IMG/VR virus record: IMGVR_UViG_3300024999_000030
Span: 1 to 64,000 of that record
DNA length: 64,000 bases
Strand: one strand, 5' to 3'
Below the pieces are notes generated by a model, which was not told where the DNA came from, ran no database searches, and was given only the letters and a program-made list of their open reading frames with translations. The translations under genes were made by a program, and so were the position numbers. Positions 28,259 to 33,945 of this stretch are shown here, one piece after another; position 1 is the stretch's first letter; each line of letters begins with the position of its first letter.

Positions 28259-28273
28259 GGAATGGAGGATAAA

Positions 28274-28441
28274 ATGATTTGGTCTTTAGCTAGTTTTATA
28301 TTAGGTGTTTTAGTAACTATTATAGCTTTATCTATAATTGCACCAGGCACTTCCGCTCATTTTTTAGTTCGGGTGGGTGAGAGGAAAGCACAACTTTGGA
28401 GATGGATTAAAGCTAAGGTTTCTGGGTTGTTTCATAAGTAA
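28274..28441 (+). CDS. Small membrane protein (55 aa)
   Basis: GGAGG RBS; N-terminal hydrophobic helix, basic C-terminus. Confidence 0.6.
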   Translation: MIWSLASFILGVLVTIIALSIIAPGTSAHFLVRVGERKAQLWRWIKAKVSGLFHK

Positions 28442-28481
28442 CTTGACTTTTTTAAATTATTGTGTTATATTTACAGTGAAT

Positions 28482-28553
28482 GAGAGATTGTGACAGAAAC
28501 GGTTACTTCCCTTTGAATGGATCTAATGTACCGTTTCGAATGCTTCTTCTCTT
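28482..28553 (+). ncRNA. Y RNA-like 1 (minimal)
   Basis: Starts just after promoter 28443-28471; shares GATTGTG..CGGTTACTTC and CCGT..CG..TTCTTC with the next two RNAs; ends pair. Confidence 0.7.
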
Positions 28554-28569
28554 GTTCCACAATTAAAAT

Positions 28570-28722
28570 GCTCCGGCGATTGTGCTAGAGTTCGGTTACT
28601 TCTCCTATTAAGAGAGCGGTCGTGGGTTCGAGTCCCACGGGGTCCATCAAAAACAACACGGGCCCCTAGCTCAGTTGGTAGAGCGCTAAAAAATACCGTA
28701 CTCGACTGTTTCTTCGCTGGGC
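28570..28722 (+). ncRNA. YrlA-type Y RNA with tRNA-mimic module
   Basis: T-arm GTGGG-TTCGAGT-CCCAC, closed acceptor-like helix GGGGTCC/GGGCCCC, then D-arm GCTC-AGTTGGTA-GAGC; upstream of Ro60. Confidence 0.85.
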
Positions 28723-28737
28723 TTAAAAATTAAGCTC

Positions 28738-28812
28738 GGCTCCGATTGTGCTTGAAAACGGTTACTTCTATCATAAGGAATAAACACCGTTTTCGTTAGT
28801 TTCTTCGGGGCC
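28738..28812 (+). ncRNA. Y RNA-like 3 (minimal)
   Basis: GGCTCCG/CGGGGCC terminal stem, same conserved motifs, GAAAACGGT/ACCGTTTTC helix. Confidence 0.72.
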
Positions 28813-28835
28813 TATTTTAATCTAAGGAGAGAAAG

Positions 28836-30221
28836 ATGAAAACTAATAAGAAAACTCATACTGTTGTTCATACCGCTGAAGGCGCCGTTGCAGCTAATAT
28901 TAACGCCAAGCAACAGCTCCGTAGGTCCGTTATGAGCTGCCTCCTTTGGGAGGATTCCTTCTATGAGGAAGGTGTGTCCATTGCTAAGCGTATTACCGAT
29001 TTAGTTAAAAAGGTTGATCCTGAAGATGTAGCTTCGCTCGCTATTGAAGCTCGTGAGGATTTCAAGCTTCGCCATGTTCCATTGCTCTTAGTTCGTGAGC
29101 TTGCTCGTGTGCATAAGGGAGATTCGCTTGTTTCTGATACTTTGGCACGAGTAATTCAGCGTCCAGATGAAATGGGTGAATTTGTAAGCCTTTATTGGAA
29201 AGAGGGAAGACAGCCTTTGTCTATGCAGGTTAGAAAGGGTATTGCTAAGGCCATGGGTAAGTTTAATGAATACTCCTTAGCTAAATATAATTCTTCTAAA
29301 TCTAATATTAAGCTTCGTGATATTCTCCGTTTGGTTCATCCTTCTCCAGTTGGTGATGAACAGACTCGTTTATGGAAGCGTATTTTAACCGATGAATTGG
29401 CTACTCCCGATACTTGGGAAGTTGCTTTGTCTGCTGGTAAGGATAAAAAGGAAACTTGGACTCGCCTTATTGATGAAAATAAGCTTGGTGGATTAGCTTT
29501 TTTACGTAATCTTCGTAACATGGAAACAGCTAAAGTAGATAAGGATATTGTACGTAGGGGCTTTGACCAAATTAATGTTTCTAGGGTTCTGCCTTTCCGT
29601 TTCCTTTCGGCTGCAAATGCTGCTCCTAAGTTTGAAGTTGAACTTGAGAAAGTAATGCTTAAGAGTTTTGAGGGTCGTGAAAAACTTCCTGGCAAGACAT
29701 TGTTTATTGTAGACGTGTCTGGAAGTATGGGCGGTTCGTTATCTCATAAGAGTGAAATGAATCGTCATGATGCAGCGGCAGCTCTTGCCATCGTTGCTCG
29801 TGAGATGTGTGAAGACCCAGTTATTTATGCTACAGCAGGAAACGATATGACTCGCATTCACAAAACTTCTATCGTTCCAGCTCGTCATGGGTTTGCCCTT
29901 AAGGATGCTATTCGTACTCAAGCTAACCAACTTGGTGGTGGAGGCATCTTTCTTAAGCAAGTTATGGACTATGTAAAGAACGCAGAGGGTGAGGCCGATA
30001 GAATTATCGTCATCACTGACGAGCAGGATTGCGACATCAAGCATAAGCCATCTACGGCTCAGCCATTCGGTAGGTATAATTATATGCTTAACGTTTCAGT
30101 AGAGAAGAACGGTATCGGCTACGGGCAGTGGACTCACATCGACGGTTTCTCTGAGGCTGTATTAGATTTCATTCTTCTTAGTGAGAAGGAAAACGAGCAG
30201 GAGATATGTCAGACTAACTAA
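28836..30221 (+). CDS. rsr: Ro60/Rsr TROVE-vWA RNA-binding protein
   Basis: L+R.VMSCLLWE..FYE, AREDFKLRHVPL, PDTWEV.LS, LRNLRNM, VDVSGSM MIDAS, ITDEQ. Confidence 0.92.
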   Translation: MKTNKKTHTVVHTAEGAVAANINAKQQLRRSVMSCLLWEDSFYEEGVSIAKRITDLVKKVDPEDVASLAIEAREDFKLRHVPLLLVRELARVHKGDSLVSDTLARVIQRPDEMGEFVSLYWKEGRQPLSMQVRKGIAKAMGKFNEYSLAKYNSSKSNIKLRDILRLVHPSPVGDEQTRLWKRILTDELATPDTWEVALSAGKDKKETWTRLIDENKLGGLAFLRNLRNMETAKVDKDIVRRGFDQINVSRVLPFRFLSAANAAPKFEVELEKVMLKSFEGREKLPGKTLFIVDVSGSMGGSLSHKSEMNRHDAAAALAIVAREMCEDPVIYATAGNDMTRIHKTSIVPARHGFALKDAIRTQANQLGGGGIFLKQVMDYVKNAEGEADRIIVITDEQDCDIKHKPSTAQPFGRYNYMLNVSVEKNGIGYGQWTHIDGFSEAVLDFILLSEKENEQEICQTN

Positions 30222-30243
30222 GACTGTCACTTGCTCGGTATTT

Positions 30244-30276
30244 AAGGCCCCGGGTAAGTTTTCCCGGGGCTTTTTT
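30244..30276 (+). terminator. Terminator after Ro60
   Basis: GCCCCGGG/CCCGGGGC plus TTTTTT. Confidence 0.85.
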
Positions 30277-30280
30277 ACTT

Positions 30281-30374
30281 GCGGGAGTCGTCCAGCGGCC
30301 AGGACAGCGGTCTTATAAGCCGCCTCGCTCCAGATTAGAGCAAAACGGGGGTTCGAGTCCCTCCTCCCGCACCA
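30281..30374 (+). tRNA. tRNA-Ile(TAT) with ~23 nt variable arm
   Basis: GCGGT-CTTATAA-GCCGC; GCTC/GAGC hairpin in V-region; CCA. Confidence 0.82.
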
Positions 30375-30428
30375 AATACGGCCCTCCGATTCTATATCAA
30401 TACTCAACCATAGAATCGGAGGGCCATT

Positions 30429-30731
30429 ATGTCTACTAAGAAACCAGGTCCAGGCACTTTCCCAATGTGGGAAAACAGGATTGTCATTAAGAGGAAGATT
30501 TTTTGTTGGACATGGAATGTCTCAATTCCAGGCGCAACTGATACAGTTTTCTCTCAATTCGCTCTAGCTATGAAGGCTCTTGAGGACCATGGATATAAAG
30601 TATATGATATAGACACTTTTCCGTATCGCAAGGATGAAATTGGTCAAGTTACTGTGGTCGGAACGTTTAAAGTGAAGCGTCATTTTCTTTGGAGAGGCGA
30701 AATCCTAGCGACATATGTTGGGGAGGGCTGA
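30429..30731 (+). CDS. Hypothetical protein; RBS sequestered in a 16 bp hairpin
   Basis: 100 aa ORF; GGAGGG inside inverted repeat 30380-30425. Confidence 0.6.
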   Translation: MSTKKPGPGTFPMWENRIVIKRKIFCWTWNVSIPGATDTVFSQFALAMKALEDHGYKVYDIDTFPYRKDEIGQVTVVGTFKVKRHFLWRGEILATYVGEG

Positions 30732-30743
30732 ATTTAATTTGAC

Positions 30744-30772
30744 TTGACTTTCTTCTATTAATATATTATATT
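30744..30772 (+). promoter_or_regulatory. Promoter of tRNA operon 3
   Basis: TTGACT-N17-TATATT with CTATTAAT in the spacer. Confidence 0.85.
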
Positions 30773-30787
30773 ATTTGAGAGAGGACG

Positions 30788-30883
30788 ATGAATATGTTTA
30801 CCCAAGGAACCCCTAAACCACAGACAAGAACATACCAACGCTATTGCGGTAGGTATGTGCAAAATTTGGGGGCTTTGTCCTAA
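30788..30883 (+). CDS. Attenuator leader peptide 3 MNMFTQGTPKPQTRTYQRYCGRYVQNLGALS
   Basis: GAGG RBS; codons 5-23 consist only of T,Q,G,P,K,R,Y,C, matching the downstream tRNAs. Confidence 0.9.
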   Translation: MNMFTQGTPKPQTRTYQRYCGRYVQNLGALS

Positions 30884-30907
30884 GTATCTGTATCGCGGTT
30901 CAAAGAC

Positions 30908-30934
30908 AAGCCCCCGAGAAATCGGGGGCTTTTT
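30908..30934 (+). terminator. Attenuator terminator 3
   Basis: AAGCCCCCGA-GAAA-TCGGGGGCTT plus U-tract; alternative pairing GGGGGCTTTGTC (30868) with GACAAGCCCCC. Confidence 0.88.
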
Positions 30935-30948
30935 ATTTAAAGAAAAAC

Positions 30949-31038
30949 GGGTCCGTCACCTAGTGGCCGAGGGTTCCAGCCTTTTAAGCTGGCGAGGTTT
31001 TACCTCCACCGTTGGTTCAAATCCAACCGGTCCCACCA
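30949..31038 (+). tRNA. tRNA-Lys(TTT) with long variable arm
   Basis: CCAGC-CTTTTAA-GCTGG; GAGG/CCTC V-arm. Confidence 0.85.
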
Positions 31039-31049
31039 AATATAATTTT

Positions 31050-31130
31050 GCCTCCGTAGCTCAGTCGCGTTAAGTAGCATCCGGCTCTTACCCGGAAGGT
31101 CGCAGTCATCGCAAGCTGCCGAGGGCACCA
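31050..31130 (+). tRNA. tRNA-Lys(CTT)
   Basis: TCCGG-CTCTTAC-CCGGA; atypical T-loop. Confidence 0.8.
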
Positions 31131-31137
31131 AAAAAGT

Positions 31138-31215
31138 CTGGGTGTAGCTCAGTCTGGCCAGAGCATCGCGTTTGGGACGCGAGGGTCGGGGGTCCGAATC
31201 CCTCCACCCAGACCA
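31138..31215 (+). tRNA. tRNA-Pro(TGG)
   Basis: C1-G72, A73, TCGCG-TTTGGGA-CGCGA. Confidence 0.92.
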
Positions 31216-31226
31216 AAGGAGATAAA

Positions 31227-31925
31227 ATGCCAGTGTGCGTTCTTTGTCATGCGGAGTTTCCAAATAGGCAGCGAATAGACGATAAGATTAGAAATTTAAA
31301 AAATAGGAAGCTTTGTTTAAAATGCTCTCCGTTTGGAGAACACACTCAGGCTCATAATTTATTGCCCAGAAAGAGAAATTTTACAGACGATCAGTTTATG
31401 GAGGCGGTAAAAAATAATATCACTATTAAGGCTGTGTTGTTGCAGCTTAAATTAAGCCCGAGAGGAAATAATTATAAATTAGTACATAGGCTAGTGGAAC
31501 AATTTAATTTAGACGTATCTCATTGGAGTGTGGAGTTATCAAACTCTAATACTATGAAGAAGAAGTACTTAAGTATTAAAAGGGATGCGTCAAAAATCTT
31601 ATGTTTGGGGAGCACAACCGGTCGGCGAGCGGTTAAGGCGTGTCTCTTGAGAACTGGAGTCAAAAACGAATGTGCAATGTGCCATTTATCTGTGTGGCAA
31701 GGCCAGCCACTGTCTTTGCAGCTACACCATATTAATGGTCAATGGGATGACAACAGAGAAAATAATTTGCTGTTACTATGCCCAAATTGTCACTCTTTGA
31801 CAGATACGTTTTGTGGCAAGAAGAACGAAACAATTAATAAAGCTTGTGCTTGTGGTGCTCGCATAAAAAGTAAAAGTACACAGTGTGTGAAGTGTTACAA
31901 GGGGAGTCGTAAATTAGGTAAATAA
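31227..31925 (+). CDS. HNH homing endonuclease within tRNA operon 3
   Basis: CAMC....WQGQPLSLQLHHING...DNRENNL.LLCPNCHSLT. Confidence 0.88.
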   Translation: MPVCVLCHAEFPNRQRIDDKIRNLKNRKLCLKCSPFGEHTQAHNLLPRKRNFTDDQFMEAVKNNITIKAVLLQLKLSPRGNNYKLVHRLVEQFNLDVSHWSVELSNSNTMKKKYLSIKRDASKILCLGSTTGRRAVKACLLRTGVKNECAMCHLSVWQGQPLSLQLHHINGQWDDNRENNLLLLCPNCHSLTDTFCGKKNETINKACACGARIKSKSTQCVKCYKGSRKLGK

Positions 31926-31926
31926 T

Positions 31927-32002
31927 GTCCTTATAGCTCAATGTATAGAGCGTCTGGCTACGGACCAGAAGGTTGGGGGTTAGAGTCCTCCTAGGGACAC
32001 CA
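31927..32002 (+). tRNA. tRNA-Arg(ACG)
   Basis: TCTGG-CTACGGA-CCAGA; A20. Confidence 0.9.
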
Positions 32003-32005
32003 AAT

Positions 32006-32093
32006 GGTGGGGCGGCAGCGACGGTGAGCTGCAAGTGGCTGTAACCCACTCGCCTTAATGGCTTAGGGAGTTCGAATCTCTCCCCCACCACCA
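32006..32093 (+). tRNA. tRNA-Tyr(GTA)
   Basis: AGTGG-CTGTAAC-CCACT, long V-arm. Confidence 0.9.
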
Positions 32094-32102
32094 ATAATAT
32101 AC

Positions 32103-32188
32103 TGAGGAGTGGCCCAATTGGCAGGGCACGGGGCTTTGGACCCCGCGTGGTCTCCACATTGAAGGTTCGAGTCCTTCCTCCTCAGCCA
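32103..32188 (+). tRNA. tRNA-Gln(TTG) with long variable arm
   Basis: U1-A72, CGGGG-CTTTGGA-CCCCG, GTGG/CCAC V-arm. Confidence 0.85.
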
Positions 32189-32194
32189 AAATAT

Positions 32195-32280
32195 GCAGGA
32201 GTCCCCTAGTGCTCGATGGGACCGCACTTGTAATGCGGCGGCGAAAGCCCACGTGGGTTGAAATCCCACCTCCTGCTCCA
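32195..32280 (+). tRNA. tRNA-Thr(TGT) with extended variable arm
   Basis: CCGCA-CTTGTAA-TGCGG; GGC-GAAA-GCC. Confidence 0.85.
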
Positions 32281-32288
32281 GCGCTTAT

Positions 32289-32364
32289 GGATCAGTGGCG
32301 AAGTGTTAAACGCGACCGCCTGCAGAGCGGTTTATCGGGGGTTAAAATCCCTCCTGGTCCTCCA
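32289..32364 (+). tRNA. tRNA-Cys(GCA)
   Basis: ACCGC-CTGCAGA-GCGGT, U73. Confidence 0.9.
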
Positions 32365-32374
32365 AAAAATTTGA

Positions 32375-32462
32375 TGGGGAGTCGCGTAGCGGCCTAGCGC
32401 ATCGGTCTCTGGAACCGACAGAGGAAACTCTAACGAAGGTTCGAATCCTTCCTCCCCTGCCA
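32375..32462 (+). tRNA. tRNA-Gln(CTG) with long variable arm
   Basis: TCGGT-CTCTGGA-ACCGA; AGAG-GAAA-CTCT. Confidence 0.85.
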
Positions 32463-32464
32463 AT

Positions 32465-32538
32465 GAGGATTTGGTATAGTGCTCGTGCCCTCGGTTGCCT
32501 GCCGAGAGAGGCGGGTTGGATTCCCGCAATCCTCTCCA
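32465..32538 (+). tRNA. tRNA-Gly(GCC)
   Basis: CTCGG-TTGCCTG-CCGAG, U73. Confidence 0.85.
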
Positions 32539-32551
32539 ATTGGAGAATATA

Positions 32552-33223
32552 ATGATTAAAATAAAATTCACGTGTGAATATTGTGGAGTTGAAGGCGAAA
32601 GGCGAAAATCAGATTACAATCGAGCTAAACATCATTATTGCTCTCATAAGTGCAGTGTAAAGGCTTCGGATTCTATTGTCTACACAGAATGTGCTTTTTG
32701 TAGAAAGCAATTAATATTAAAAAGAAATAAGGTTAGGGCAAAAGCTAGAGTGTTTTGTTCTCATTCTTGTGCCTCTAAAATGATAAATGTGGAGCGAGGT
32801 GGAAAACTAAGGAAGGGAGAAATTAACTGTAGCTATTGTGGAAAAAAATTGGCCGGGGAGCAATTCAAATATTGCTCTATTTCTTGCCAACACCAACATA
32901 TCTATTCAAATTTTATTAAAGCCTGGCAAGATGGAATAGTTTCTGGTTCCACGGCAAATGGAGGTGTCGCCTCGACCATTAGAAAGTATTTACATGATAA
33001 ATATGGATGTAGGTGCGCCATATGTGGATGGAATAAAATTAATCCACATACACATAAAATCCCACTGCAAGTCCATCATATTGATGGAAATTCTCATAAT
33101 GCCAGTGAAGATAATCTTATTTTGATTTGTCCGAATTGTCACAGTTTAACTGATAAATTTGGCGCCAGAAACAAGGGGAACGGTAGAGACTCAAGAAGAA
33201 TACGAAGAGCTAATCAAAAATAA
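32552..33223 (+). CDS. HNH homing endonuclease with Zn-ribbon repeats, within tRNA operon 3
   Basis: GGAG RBS; repeated CxxC...YCS..C; CAICGW...LQVHHIDGN..NA..DNL.LICPNCHSLT. Confidence 0.88.
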   Translation: MIKIKFTCEYCGVEGERRKSDYNRAKHHYCSHKCSVKASDSIVYTECAFCRKQLILKRNKVRAKARVFCSHSCASKMINVERGGKLRKGEINCSYCGKKLAGEQFKYCSISCQHQHIYSNFIKAWQDGIVSGSTANGGVASTIRKYLHDKYGCRCAICGWNKINPHTHKIPLQVHHIDGNSHNASEDNLILICPNCHSLTDKFGARNKGNGRDSRRIRRANQK

Positions 33224-33297
33224 GCTTCCATAGTGTAGCACCAACACGACAGTCTTCCAAACTGTAATCGCGGGTGGGACTCCCGCTGGAAGCTCCA
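33224..33297 (+). tRNA. tRNA-Gly(TCC)
   Basis: ACAGT-CTTCCAA-ACTGT, U73. Confidence 0.88.
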
Positions 33298-33300
33298 AAT

Positions 33301-33379
33301 GTCCTCATGGCGCAAATGTATAGCGCGAGAGTTTCTCCTAAACTCTAGGCTGGGGGTTAGAGTCCCTCTGAGGACACCA
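33301..33379 (+). tRNA. tRNA-Arg(CCT)-like with 9 nt anticodon loop
   Basis: Body resembles Arg(ACG) at 31927 (A20); AGAGT-TTCTCCTAA-ACTCT. Confidence 0.72.
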
Positions 33380-33382
33380 AAT

Positions 33383-33465
33383 GTCAGTGTAGACGAGGTG
33401 GTCTTCTAAACCACTATTCGTAATTGGATCTGAAAATGTGGGTTCAAGTCCCACCGCTGACACCA
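33383..33465 (+). tRNA. tRNA-Arg(TCT) with rearranged D-domain
   Basis: Intact acceptor, anticodon (GTGGT-CTTCTAA-ACCAC) and T arms; only 8 nt before the anticodon stem; D-loop-like AATTGGAT lies 3' of it. Confidence 0.75.
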
Positions 33466-33472
33466 AATTTTT

Positions 33473-33549
33473 GCAGGCTTCGTATAGTCGTACTAGTACG
33501 CTAGTTTCGTAAACTAGAAACGGTGGATAATAGCCGCCAGCCTGCTCCA
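33473..33549 (+). tRNA. tRNA-Thr(CGT)
   Basis: CTAGT-TTCGTAA-ACTAG; atypical T-loop ATAATAG. Confidence 0.8.
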
Positions 33550-33672
33550 TCGGGCCTGAATGATGAGGGTGAATCAAACCTGAATCATCCCAGATGTCCC
33601 ATAAATGCACGGTGATGAACCGTGCATTTGACTTTTATAATCTTATATCTTATATTGTTTTGTGGAGGAAAT

Positions 33673-33945
33673 ATGACCTGGAACTATAGAGTTTTTAAAA
33701 AAAATTCAGTTAGCCCATCAGGCGAAAAGTCTTTTTATTATGAAATTCATGAAGTGTATTATAAAAAACACATAGACGACATTCCTAGTTTTGACGATAT
33801 TGATTATATTTCAGTAGATAGTATATCCCCTCAAGGTGAAACAGAAGAAGAATTACGTTTGGACTTAGATATAATGCAAAAAGCATTTAATTTACCTACA
33901 GTAGATTTTGATGAATTATATAAAAATAAAGGATGGGAAAAATGA
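33673..33945 (+). CDS. Small conserved phage protein
   Basis: GGAGG RBS; MTWNYRV...IHEVYY motif; promoter at 33628. Confidence 0.7.
   Translation: MTWNYRVFKKNSVSPSGEKSFYYEIHEVYYKKHIDDIPSFDDIDYISVDSISPQGETEEELRLDLDIMQKAFNLPTVDFDELYKNKGWEK

Noticed and set aside
28570-28722. Circularly permuted or split tRNA gene
   Set aside because: No complete anticodon arm or CCA; it is embedded in a motif shared with two flanking RNAs next to Ro60, which fits YrlA.
28482-28812. CRISPR array (three repeats with variable inserts)
   Set aside because: The repeats are bipartite, pair end to end, have unequal inserts and no cas genes nearby.
11523-33610. ORF-track entries overlapping tRNA clusters (e.g. 11523-11768, 16475-16784, 17368-17556, 30162-30407, 30855-31263, 31834-32571, 33338-33610)
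   Set aside because: They are chance frames through structured RNA genes, without RBS or protein features.
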